Of a stretch of DNA of 64,000 nucleotides, positions 11,248 to 35,042 are shown piece by piece (position 1 is the stretch's first letter; each line of letters begins with the position of its first letter). The position numbers were made by a program, and so were the translations under genes. Under the pieces are notes generated by a model. That model saw only the letters and a list, made by a program, of their open reading frames with translations, searched no databases and was not told the DNA's origin. Origin of the DNA: Candidatus Heimdallarchaeota archaeon (GTDB lineage: Archaea; Asgardarchaeota; Heimdallarchaeia; Heimdallarchaeales; Heimdallarchaeaceae); the NCBI GenBank assembly GCA_019057375.1, contig DXJF01000045.1, forward strand, positions 24,316 to 88,315. Direction: 5' to 3'.

Positions 11248-12321
11248 ATGACTGAGAAATTTGATATTAATCAAATCAAAGTAGAACAAGCTGACTTGTT
11301 GAATTATACAAAAGAAGATTGGAATCTATATCATGAGTATAGAAGAATTAGACATTCTGAAGCAAATCCTGATGATCCTTTTGTTGATGATGAACCCACA
11401 GAAAAATCTTTGAAGATGCAAGTAAATCATCCTGAATTTGATTTCCAATTCTCTGCTATTATTGATAGTTCGATAAACAAATTTGTAGGTAGAGTTGTTT
11501 ATGGTGGATTCCGAGAAACATCAGCATCTTACGAGGGTAATAAACATTTACTACAATTTGATTTAGTTCTTCTGAAAAAATATCGGAACAAAGGAATTGA
11601 AACAATAGTACTGAAACAGATATATGAATATGGAAAGAAGAAGAACCATTCTATTCTAGTTTCAGGTTCAGATGAAAAAGATGGAAAAGCTTTTCTAAAG
11701 GCAATTGGTGCTCAAACAGCTCTATCTGGTGTTGAGAATCGTCTAAAGTTGGAAGAAGTAGAATGGAATATGGTTGAAACATGGGCAGTGGAAGGTCCTA
11801 AGCGTTCTCCAGATACAGAACTTAAGCTAGTCTATTCCATTCCTGATGATATTCTTGAGAGGTATTGCAAAGTATATACAGAGACACTTAATCAACAGCC
11901 TTTTGGAGATCTCGATGTGAACGATATTGTTTTCACTCCTGAACTTTTCAGAGATACAGAAAAACGAAGAGCAGCACTTGGAAGAAAACATATAACTTTC
12001 TACACCTTAGAACCTAATGGAGACATATCTGGGTTAACAGAGTTGGAATACCGACCTGAAAGAGAGACCATTGTCGAACAACTTCTCACCGGTGTACAAG
12101 AAAAGTATCGTGGTCGTGGTCTTGGAAAATGGTTGAAAGCTGAGATGTTGTTGAAGGTAAAGGAAGAATTTCCAAAAGCAAATATCATTTCAACAGGAAA
12201 TGCAACAACTAATGCCCCAATGCTTTCTATTAATGATCGACTTGGATTCAAACCTCATAAAGAGGGAATAACTGCTCAATTGACACTAGAAAGTCTAGAA
12301 AAATACTTGGAAGCTAAATAA
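11248..12321 (+). CDS. Two-domain GNAT-like acetyltransferase
   Basis: Acetyl-CoA motifs KKYRNKGIET and KYRGRGLGKWLK in two halves. ATG at 11248 (MTEKFD) preferred over the GTG at 11194 listed in the ORF track. Confidence 0.65.
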   Translation: MTEKFDINQIKVEQADLLNYTKEDWNLYHEYRRIRHSEANPDDPFVDDEPTEKSLKMQVNHPEFDFQFSAIIDSSINKFVGRVVYGGFRETSASYEGNKHLLQFDLVLLKKYRNKGIETIVLKQIYEYGKKKNHSILVSGSDEKDGKAFLKAIGAQTALSGVENRLKLEEVEWNMVETWAVEGPKRSPDTELKLVYSIPDDILERYCKVYTETLNQQPFGDLDVNDIVFTPELFRDTEKRRAALGRKHITFYTLEPNGDISGLTELEYRPERETIVEQLLTGVQEKYRGRGLGKWLKAEMLLKVKEEFPKANIISTGNATTNAPMLSINDRLGFKPHKEGITAQLTLESLEKYLEAK

Positions 12322-12357
12322 CTTACTTATTTTCTCTTTTTTGTTAAATATGATAAA

Positions 12358-13359
12358 TTATTTCTTAAACTTGACTTTACCAAATTTAGCAATCCAGTCA
12401 TTTTCATCATACATTTCTAACAAAAAAATATTGTCTAGATGTTCTCTGAGGAAATACACTTCCTTACCAAGTTCCTCAGCAAATTTAACTTCTATATACA
12501 CTCCTCTTCCAACAAAGTGTCCATTATCGAGTTCTATTGCTGAAAAGATAACTATGTCACTTTTACTCAAAAGGTCGAGACATTTCTTCATTATTTCCTT
12601 TCCTGAAGAATCTTTCCATTTTTTCTCATACTTGGCAGGGTTAATTATATCCGCATCTGGAAATATTTTTTTTATAAGCTTAAGTTCTCTCTTCTCTTGT
12701 CCTTTCCCATAGATATTCATGGAATGAGCATAATATATCAGTGGAATGATTCTATATTGTTTCCGTTTATACAATTCTAGAAGGATACACGCCGTATAAA
12801 ACGCATCATAATTTGCTCTATGTTCTTCAAACTCCCCAATCTTCTCTTCAAGTTCTTTGTTTGTAATGATGCTTTCTGTATTCTTACTAAGAAGTTTTCT
12901 CCTTGAATAATCCAATTTGTAATTTCTGTTTTTATATTTCTTGCCAGGAGGTCTAAGGTACTCTGATGCAGATAACATTACACATGGAGCTGTTTTTGTT
13001 CTACTGCTTTCTTCGTTGATATTCCATGGATTATGCCGAAGAAACTTATCAAAATCAAATGCATTATTATATGCTGCAATAAATTTACCAGCAAGAATTT
13101 GACGTACTTCTTCAATTACTATCGTTAAATCTTTCTCAGCATTTTGTATTACATCAACTGATAGAACACCTTTTCTGAATATCCATGAATTGCGTAAGTT
13201 ATCATCCCATGTGCTTGTGTCGTAATGAATTATTGAGTGGTATACTTGGGTTATTTTTTGTTTTAACACATTTACTCGCATTATGGCAATTTCAACAACA
13301 TGATCTTTAGGTAATCCAGCAAGACCTGTGGTTTCTATATCCAAAACATAGATATCCAT
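12358..13359 (-). CDS. DEDDh 3'-5' exonuclease (DnaQ-like) fused to a nucleoside 2-deoxyribosyltransferase-like (DUF4406-like) domain (333 aa)
   Basis: ExoI VLDIETTGL, ExoII AAYNNAFDFDKF, ExoIII HRANYDAFYTA. The C-terminal ~130 aa (IYYAHSMNIYG ... SDIVIFSA ... GRGVYIEVKFAEELGKEVYFL) has a Rossmann-like NDT/DUF4406 pattern. Confidence 0.7.
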   Translation of the reverse strand: MDIYVLDIETTGLAGLPKDHVVEIAIMRVNVLKQKITQVYHSIIHYDTSTWDDNLRNSWIFRKGVLSVDVIQNAEKDLTIVIEEVRQILAGKFIAAYNNAFDFDKFLRHNPWNINEESSRTKTAPCVMLSASEYLRPPGKKYKNRNYKLDYSRRKLLSKNTESIITNKELEEKIGEFEEHRANYDAFYTACILLELYKRKQYRIIPLIYYAHSMNIYGKGQEKRELKLIKKIFPDADIINPAKYEKKWKDSSGKEIMKKCLDLLSKSDIVIFSAIELDNGHFVGRGVYIEVKFAEELGKEVYFLREHLDNIFLLEMYDENDWIAKFGKVKFKK

Positions 13360-13583
13360 TAGAATACAAAATCAGCAATTCCTTTAAGTTTTTACCCTTG
13401 CATTAAGGTTATCTTCTTGTAAGGGCATCCTTCTTGGATGAGTATGAAAAATGGTATTCAGATAACTGCAATTTTACCATTTAAAAAATTGCATCAGACT
13501 TATTATTCTACCCAATTCACATTTCTCACTGCTTAATATTGTAATAACATTAATATAATAAATGTAGATTTTATTGTTTACTC

Positions 13584-14039
13584 ATGCCTGGAGAAAACGT
13601 ACTAACTGGTTGGTTTTTCAGAGATACAGAGCCTCCTAACGATAATTCCTATTATGAAAATATGACTCGATGTGTATTCCAAGCAGGTTTAAGCTGGCAG
13701 CTTATTTCTGATAGGTGGCCTAATTTCAAAGAAGCTTTCAAAAATTTCAACATAGAAGAAGTAAGTAAATTTGATGAAGACGATATTGGAAGACTATTAC
13801 AAGATTCAGGAATAATAAGAAACAGAGCTAAGATTGAAGCAGCAATTATCAATGCAATAGTCTTTTCAGAAATCCAGGAAGAGTACGGGTCCTTTAGAGA
13901 TTTCATGGATAATCTTGATACGTCTGAAAATTATAAACTTGTCAAAAAAGAATTATCAAAACGTTTTGAACGCATGGGTCCTAAAACTTCTATGATATTT
14001 TTGTATAGCATAGGAGAAAATATTAAACATGAAAAATAG
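13584..14039 (+). CDS. tag: DNA-3-methyladenine glycosylase I-like (Tag family, 151 aa)
   Basis: FQAGLSWQLI, EEVSKFDEDDIGRLLQDSGIIRNRAKIEA and GPKTSMIFLYSIG align with the Tag family. The N-terminal Zn-binding CxW / YHDxEWG region is not conserved. Confidence 0.7.
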   Translation: MPGENVLTGWFFRDTEPPNDNSYYENMTRCVFQAGLSWQLISDRWPNFKEAFKNFNIEEVSKFDEDDIGRLLQDSGIIRNRAKIEAAIINAIVFSEIQEEYGSFRDFMDNLDTSENYKLVKKELSKRFERMGPKTSMIFLYSIGENIKHEK

Positions 14040-14048
14040 TGTGAGTAC

Positions 14049-14420
14049 TCAGAATACTAACACTATAAAATCTATTATTGCAAGGGTAATTGTTAATATT
14101 GCTGAGGTAACTAATACAACAAGTAATAGTTTGTATTTCTTTTTTCCATAAATACCAATTGCATTAACAATTGCATATAGTATTAAACCCATTGCAAAAA
14201 AGAACACGTACAGTCCCCAAGTCAACTGTAGAATTAAAGCAATCCCTCCGACTATTGCTGAAATAGACATTATAAATTCAGCTGTAACATGAAATAATCT
14301 TTCAAAGGGATGTTCTATGAACAAGTCTCCTTTCTTTCTTAGTATTACTATGATCCACAGTAAAGCTGTAATAGAACCTGCACTAATTGAGAAAATACCT
14401 GAGAGTATTTCCAGAGTCAT
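14049..14420 (-). CDS. Small integral membrane protein (123 aa, 4 predicted TM helices)
   Basis: ORF is almost entirely hydrophobic helices; no family recognised. Confidence 0.5.
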   Translation of the reverse strand: MTLEILSGIFSISAGSITALLWIIVILRKKGDLFIEHPFERLFHVTAEFIMSISAIVGGIALILQLTWGLYVFFFAMGLILYAIVNAIGIYGKKKYKLLLVVLVTSAILTITLAIIDFIVLVF

Positions 14421-14538
14421 GATTTTTCTGTGAAATACTTTGTTATAATATTTTCTAAGAACTACAACTATTTTGAAAATCTTATGTCAATAGAGTCTAG
14501 AGTTAAAATAAAGAAAAAGAGGAAAAAGGAAAAATAGA

Positions 14539-16053
14539 CTAAACTATAAGTGCTATTTTGCTCACAATTAATTCTGGCCATAGACCAAGAACTATTAGAA
14601 CAACTGCAATTATAGCTAAAGCCATTTTTTCGAATATTGGTATTTTTATTTTGCCTGTATCTTTAGCGTCTGGCTCATCGAAGAGCATTTTCTTTAGAAT
14701 ATATAGATATCCTCCTAAAGCTAGTAAGGAGTTAATGATAGCCATAACAACCAACAAAATGCTGTTGATAAACATCAAAGGATTAGCGGCGTTGGCACCA
14801 CCATTGAAAGTAGCGAGAATTACCATTAATTTTGATGCAAAACCACCTGTTATAGGAATACCACCTAACGATAGTAACCCTATTGTTAGGACTGCACCAA
14901 TAAAGGGTGATCTTCTTCCTATACCTATCATGTCTCTGAGATCTCTTGACCCAAGTGTTGTAATTAGAACTCCACTGAGCAAGAACAGACCACCTTTACC
15001 TAAAGAGTGTGTAAGTATGTGGAATACTGATGCTTGAACTCCTAAATTGCCAGGAGCTAGAGAACCAATTCCGAGTATGATGTAACCAAGGTGTACAGTG
15101 GTCGAGTATGCTAAGATTCTCTTGAAATCAACAATATCTTTACGCTTGAATTGAGAGAACACTAAGTAATTCCCTTCAATCATTGTGAAGATACCTAACC
15201 AAGAGATAACAGCTCCGGCACCAGAACTTAGTACTTCAGGAGTATATGCGAAGTATAAAGTTCTATAGATACCTATTGCACCAGCTTTAACAACAATTCC
15301 AGAAAGTAGTGCGGAAATAGTTGAAGGAGCTAAGCTGTGAGCATCTGGTAACCAAGCGTTCAAGAATAGCATGGCTGCAGTTACTGCAAAGCCTGTTATG
15401 AACAACGAGATTATTACAACGGCAATAGCTGCTGTACCACTAGCTTGTACTGCTGTAGAAACAAGTTCAAAGTTTACCGAACCATAGAAACCGTATGTCA
15501 AAGCAGTAGCTAATAAAACCAACATACTTCCAGCAGTTGACATGATAAAGTATTTCATTGACGCTTCTACTGCACCTCTTTTTGCTCTCTCAAAAGCTAC
15601 CAGCACATAAGCACTTAGTGCAAACAGTTCCCATCCAACAAATAGTGTGATGAAATTGTTTGCCATAGTTACAGTAATTAAACCGGTGAGCAAAGTGAAG
15701 ATTAATGCATAGTAGTAACCAAGTCCATTTTTACCTTTCATGTAGTTAACGCTGAATAGTACTACCATCCAGACAAGGAAGCTGAATATTGTGATTAACA
15801 CTGCTTCAAGTTGTCCAAACCTTAGTAAATCTCCTGTTGTACTAGCAATGTAGTCTCTAAATGCAGGTACATAAGCTGAAATAAATCCTAGAACAAAGAC
15901 GCTTAACGCAATTATGTTAGCTAAAGCATGATTAACACAATCAGTTCTTATCTTCATTTTGGTTAAGAATTTTTTCAGTTGCTCAAATAGTGATAAGAGT
16001 ATAGCACCTGCAATTGGTATAATCAAGATTAAGGATAGATATGTGTTCAACAT
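14539..16053 (-). CDS. Antiporter-like proton-translocating subunit (NuoN/NuoM/MrpD family, 504 aa)
   Basis: ~14 TM helices with the family pattern GWELFALSAYVLVAF ... KYFIMS ... LPDAHS ... KAGAIGIYR. Its start overlaps the stop of the upstream gene by 1 nt. Confidence 0.85.
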   Translation of the reverse strand: MLNTYLSLILIIPIAGAILLSLFEQLKKFLTKMKIRTDCVNHALANIIALSVFVLGFISAYVPAFRDYIASTTGDLLRFGQLEAVLITIFSFLVWMVVLFSVNYMKGKNGLGYYYALIFTLLTGLITVTMANNFITLFVGWELFALSAYVLVAFERAKRGAVEASMKYFIMSTAGSMLVLLATALTYGFYGSVNFELVSTAVQASGTAAIAVVIISLFITGFAVTAAMLFLNAWLPDAHSLAPSTISALLSGIVVKAGAIGIYRTLYFAYTPEVLSSGAGAVISWLGIFTMIEGNYLVFSQFKRKDIVDFKRILAYSTTVHLGYIILGIGSLAPGNLGVQASVFHILTHSLGKGGLFLLSGVLITTLGSRDLRDMIGIGRRSPFIGAVLTIGLLSLGGIPITGGFASKLMVILATFNGGANAANPLMFINSILLVVMAIINSLLALGGYLYILKKMLFDEPDAKDTGKIKIPIFEKMALAIIAVVLIVLGLWPELIVSKIALIV

Positions 16054-17897
16054 TAGACCATCACCACCAACAAAGTAGCAACAACAATAAATATCGCTAC
16101 CACTGATCCAAAGATCATGTTCCAGTTTATCTTACCAGTCTTGAAGAATGATAATTTTTGACCAATCCAGAAGACAGGTTTGACAAATACTAAGTTGTAC
16201 AAGTGATCAATATAGAATCCGTTTGCTACAAAAGTTCTCAGCGCTTTGAAGACACTGATTTTTTCTACAAAACCTACTTCTGTTTGTCCTTTACCATAGA
16301 ACAGATAAGCTAATCCTAACCCAAGAATGATTGCACCTATTGCACATAAGAATGGCACCAGTACTACATGTATTAGGCTATATCCTGTATCTCCAGTAAA
16401 GAAGTTACTAGCTGGACCTTCAATTATGAAACCTGTAACTACTACTAAAACAGCTAATATAGCCAGAACAATTCTCATGATATACTTTGGTTTGTGCACA
16501 CTAGCTCCTCGGTTCTTGCCATGGAATATCATCAAAAACATTCTTGCAGCATATAAAGTTGTTAAGAATGCTACTAAAATACCTACGATGAAAGTAAACC
16601 AATGCATTGAGGCACCATCAATTGCCGCTGCTTCATATGCAGCAGTTATTATCATTTCTTTGGAATAACCACCATTTGTGATAATTGGAATACCCATTAA
16701 ACCGAGAACACCAACCATCATGAATCCGTAAACCCAAGGTAGTTCTTTTTTCAAACCACCCATTTTCTTCATATCTCTTTCTTCTGCAATAGAATGAATT
16801 ATTGCACCTGCTGACAAAAACAGTAGAGCTTTGAAGATTGAGTGGGATAATAAGTGCATCTGACCTGGTATTAGTCCAGTTCCATGATCCTCTCTTATTG
16901 TAAAGGCTAAGAACATATAGCTAAGCTGTGAGATTGTGCTGTATGCAAGAACTCTTTTCAGATCTGTCGTAACTAATGCACCAAATGCAGCAGCTACACA
17001 AGACACTCCAGCTATTATCATTAGTACAATGTAGAAGAATTCGCTATCCCAGATGGGTGAGAATCTAGCTACTAAGTAGACACCAGCCTTAACCATTGTT
17101 GCAGCATGAATTAATGCTGAAACTGTAGTTGGACCTTGCATTGCATCTATATCAACTGTATCACCTGCACTCAACCATGATTGCAATGGAAATTGTGCAG
17201 ATTTTGTTATCGGAGCTAAGAGTAATAGAATACTCATAACAATTGGATAAGTTCCTCCAAGTGGTGTTGTTGTGTCTATGATCAATGGATTAGCTAAACC
17301 AAGTTTTTTGTTTTCGTAATAAATCCAAGCTAAGAACGCTAAGAGACCAAGATCTCCAATTCCTGTCATGATAAGAGCTTTAATTCCACTCTTTGCTGGT
17401 TTTTCTCCTGCTTCACCTTTCTTCATGAAGAAGTGTCCGATTAGGAAACAAGAACAAAGTCCTACAATTTCCCAGCCAAGGAATAAGAATACCATGTCGT
17501 GAGCAAGAACTAGTAATAACATACCTCCAACGAACATTTGAATGAAGAACCAATATCTTGCTTTGTGTTTGTCTTCTTTCATGTATTCTATAGAGAAGAA
17601 TGCAATTAGCATACTCAAGATTGATACAATTAGCACCATTAAGACTGATAATGAATCCAGGTATATTCCTGATTTATTATCTCCCCAATTTAGCCAATTT
17701 AAGAGATAGTACGTTTCTCCTTTATAAGTACCAAATATCAAAATTGACATTATTGCTGATACTGCTATTGTAGATACGCTGAAGAAGTCTCTAACTGTTG
17801 GTAATTTCTTCAATAGTAATGATAGAAAAGAACCAATAATAGGAACTACTACAGAAATTATTGCAAATAGTATTATTGTTTGTACCATTTTTATCAC
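16053..17897 (-). CDS. NuoL/MrpA/MbhH-like antiporter subunit (614 aa)
   Basis: GWEIVGLCSCFLIGHF, WLSAGDTVDIDAMQGPTTVSALIHAATMVKAGVYL and LAYSTISQLSYMF are classic NuoL/ND5 motifs. Confidence 0.9.
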   Translation of the reverse strand: MIKMVQTIILFAIISVVVPIIGSFLSLLLKKLPTVRDFFSVSTIAVSAIMSILIFGTYKGETYYLLNWLNWGDNKSGIYLDSLSVLMVLIVSILSMLIAFFSIEYMKEDKHKARYWFFIQMFVGGMLLLVLAHDMVFLFLGWEIVGLCSCFLIGHFFMKKGEAGEKPAKSGIKALIMTGIGDLGLLAFLAWIYYENKKLGLANPLIIDTTTPLGGTYPIVMSILLLLAPITKSAQFPLQSWLSAGDTVDIDAMQGPTTVSALIHAATMVKAGVYLVARFSPIWDSEFFYIVLMIIAGVSCVAAAFGALVTTDLKRVLAYSTISQLSYMFLAFTIREDHGTGLIPGQMHLLSHSIFKALLFLSAGAIIHSIAEERDMKKMGGLKKELPWVYGFMMVGVLGLMGIPIITNGGYSKEMIITAAYEAAAIDGASMHWFTFIVGILVAFLTTLYAARMFLMIFHGKNRGASVHKPKYIMRIVLAILAVLVVVTGFIIEGPASNFFTGDTGYSLIHVVLVPFLCAIGAIILGLGLAYLFYGKGQTEVGFVEKISVFKALRTFVANGFYIDHLYNLVFVKPVFWIGQKLSFFKTGKINWNMIFGSVVAIFIVVATLLVVMV

Positions 17898-18208
17898 CTC
17901 TTCAATGTAGCCATCTCATCTGTATCCACGCTATGAGCATGTCGATAATTATTGATGGCTATTGCTAAACCTACAGCCAATACAGCTGCACCAATAGCGA
18001 TTGAAATCAAAGGAAAGATCTGTGCAAACCTTGTAAAAGTTGCATTAGCAATATTTGCTCCCAAAGCAATAAACACGACATTTACAGCTATTGTCATTAT
18101 TTCAATACCCATAAGAATCTTGATGAGATTTCTTTTTCCAAGTAAGGCATACAAGCCTACACCAAATAAGACAATGCCTAGAATCAGTAAATGTAATTGT
18201 TCTATCAT
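17894..18208 (-). CDS. NuoK/MrpC/MbhG-like subunit (104 aa)
   Basis: 3-TM protein: LFGVGLYALLGKRNLIKILMGIEIMTIAVNVVFIALG. 4-nt overlaps on both sides. Confidence 0.8.
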   Translation of the reverse strand: MIEQLHLLILGIVLFGVGLYALLGKRNLIKILMGIEIMTIAVNVVFIALGANIANATFTRFAQIFPLISIAIGAAVLAVGLAIAINNYRHAHSVDTDEMATLKR

Positions 18209-18704
18209 GCTTTTGTCTCCTCCTTGTGTTTCTTCTTATGATGGATAAACAATGATCCAATGCCTATAGATGTTGCAAAGAACACAACAGCTTGCAGTAT
18301 CAAATCAGTTAATCTTTCTGTCCATAGAGCACGTAAGGATTCACCTATAGTGCTTGTTCCGAATGTAATACTAAGATCTGAAGCTATTACTCCCCAAATT
18401 GCTATCCCCATTAGAATAGCTACAATGGCAAGTGCGATTACAGATCTCTTCCAGTCAAATGATTCATCTCTCTGTTTTTCTGTTAAAGCTACAACCACAA
18501 CAAATAGTGCAGTAAAACCACCACCATATACTATGAGTTGTATCCACGCTAGAAACATAGCGTTAAGTATCAGTAACAATACCCAGAGAAATAGATTCAT
18601 AGCTATCAAACCAATTATAGAAAACATTAGTCGTCTGCATTCTAGTGCAAAGATTGCAGCTAGAATCGCTAGAATCATGAAGATATATATGATTACTAAA
18701 CTCA

Positions 18705-18705
<1 letters not shown>
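18205..18705 (-). CDS. NuoJ-like subunit (166 aa)
   Basis: LNAMFLAWIQLIVYGGGFTALFVVVVAL matches the NuoJ/ND6 core (FLA..Q..VY.G....LF.FV). Confidence 0.7.
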
Positions 18706-28100
<9,395 letters not shown>

Positions 28101-28502
28101 AAGCTTTCGGTGAGGTAAGCCTTGCTTTGGCAATGCAATATCATCAAGATGGGCACTTCATAAAAGGAAGTATGTGTCCAGAAGTTGAAGCTTGCATAAG
28201 TTTTGTAAAAAAACCCAAGGAATTGCCATAATTACCAACCCAAAAAGTGCAATCTCAGCCATAAGAGGTAAGGCGGGAACCAGAATAGTCGTCTAAAAAA
28301 ATAACTAGTTGTTTGTTGAATTAGGTTTCTGTCTAATTGAACGCTTTAAATTAGCCTTTTCTTGATGCTTTGTGCCTTTTTAGTAGTGCAAACCAATGTA
28401 TTTTTAAATGATAATATTTATTTTTTAATAGTAGATTATTTTCGGGGGAATACCCGACAATAATCCTAAAACGGCAGAAATCTGGTATCCATTTTTGGAT
28501 AA

Positions 28503-30629
<2,127 letters not shown>

Positions 30630-30633
30630 ATAG

Positions 30634-33578
<2,945 letters not shown>

Positions 33579-33712
33579 TCTCGTGCACCGAACAATATTT
33601 CACTATGTGTGAATTCTTCGCACACCATATAAACTCTTCTGTTTTGCCATTTCGTAAAAACACAAGCTTTATTATATGTGTGTTTTTAATACACATACGA
33701 GGGGATACTTTC

Positions 33713-34171
33713 ATGTCCACGAAAAAAGAGAAGCGAGTTCAACCTTGCTTAGTAGATTTACCTGATACAATATCCAAAAGTTTAGATCATGGATATTGTA
33801 AATGTGAATTTTTGGAGTGTAATTACAAAGTCTGCCCTATTTTTGAATTTTTATTCGGATTAAAATGCATTCATGTGAACATTTACTTTTATACTTTACA
33901 AGAAAAAAGATCCATTATGGATATTGCAGCCAGAGTAAGGAAAGATCGTACCACTGCAGTTCGCCTTGTTCAAAGCATGATTAAGCAAGGTTTAATTAAC
34001 AAAGAAACAGAACCTCTAGAAAATGGGGGGATAAAGAATATTTATTCATCAATTCCTCAAGAGATTTTAAAAGAGAAACTAAAGGAAACCATGCAAGATT
34101 TAGAAATTGCAGTAACAAGCCTAATTGGACATGATTGGACAGTTGTTAAAGTAATTAACCAGAAAGATTAG
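33713..34171 (+). CDS. Winged-helix transcriptional regulator (TrmB/MarR-like) with Cys-rich N-terminus
   Basis: ATG at 33713 (MSTKKEK) preferred. HTH SIMDIAARVRKDRTTAVRLVQSMIKQGLINKE. N-terminal Cys/His cluster C..HGYCKCEFLEC...C. Confidence 0.45.
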   Translation: MSTKKEKRVQPCLVDLPDTISKSLDHGYCKCEFLECNYKVCPIFEFLFGLKCIHVNIYFYTLQEKRSIMDIAARVRKDRTTAVRLVQSMIKQGLINKETEPLENGGIKNIYSSIPQEILKEKLKETMQDLEIAVTSLIGHDWTVVKVINQKD

Positions 34172-34836
34172 AAATCAAAATCTTCTAGTTCATCCATTGA
34201 ACCAACAAGTTTTTCATCCTTTTTCTTCTTCTTCTTCTTCTTTTTGTCTCTTACAGAACTTACTGCAGTTGATAACTCCGAGATGAAATCACTAGGTAAT
34301 GTACCTCTTGGAGCTTCAGTTTCCTCATATGGAGGTTCTGTTATCGGTGTTTCTGTCTGTTGAGCTGTTGGAAACTCCTCTGCTGGTTCACCAACAGATT
34401 CGGTTTGTGGTTCAAAAACAATATCTTGTGAAGTATCAACAGTTGGTCCTTCTATCTCAGTTTCTGTTAATTGAGGAGCTTCAACTAATTCTGATTGTTG
34501 TTGAAATTCTTGAGTAACAGATTCATTTGGGGGAGTATATTCAGCAGAACCGCCAGATAATCCTGGATGAGTATCAGCAGCAGCTTCTGCTAAAGTATCA
34601 GCTGATCTATCTGGGACTAAGCTTCCATCTTGTAGAAGCTTAACAACTTCTTTAGCTAGAGATCTCATCTGTGGATTCAATTGATACATGTAACGAGGTA
34701 AATTAGATTTAATCTGTTGAAGAAAATATGTACCTGTTTCATAATCTTGAATATAGAATGCTTGTATAGCCTGAACTATTAATTGCTGAACAAGTTTATC
34801 AGGAGGTACTGCCGATTGTGGTGAGTGTGGAAACAT
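34168..34836 (-). CDS. Acidic, low-complexity (E/T/P/Q-rich) protein with C-terminal poly-Lys tract (222 aa)
   Basis: ORF track. N-terminal ~70 aa helical, then a predicted disordered acidic region, then DKKKKKKKKDEK encoded by an (AAG)n run (plus-strand TTC x6 at 34223-34240). Confidence 0.45.
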   Translation of the reverse strand: MFPHSPQSAVPPDKLVQQLIVQAIQAFYIQDYETGTYFLQQIKSNLPRYMYQLNPQMRSLAKEVVKLLQDGSLVPDRSADTLAEAAADTHPGLSGGSAEYTPPNESVTQEFQQQSELVEAPQLTETEIEGPTVDTSQDIVFEPQTESVGEPAEEFPTAQQTETPITEPPYEETEAPRGTLPSDFISELSTAVSSVRDKKKKKKKKKDEKLVGSMDELEDFDF

Positions 34837-35042
34837 ATAAACCTATATCACTAATATCAAGAGATTATTTTAAAATTGTGGAAAAGGAAAAGGAGTTTTG
34901 TAATTTACAAATGCTATGATTAATGTATATAAACCTTAGAATCTCAATAATAAAGAAATTTGTTCCTACTAATTAGATTTAGAAGTATAAGAAAGAATTC
35001 CTTTATTTCTCATCTGGTAAATCCACTATCTTTAAAATACAG

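Noticed and set aside
12341-12712. 123-aa + strand ORF
   Set aside because: It is antisense to the exonuclease-fusion gene, which has clear catalytic motifs. Its Ser/Leu/Phe-rich low-complexity translation looks spurious.
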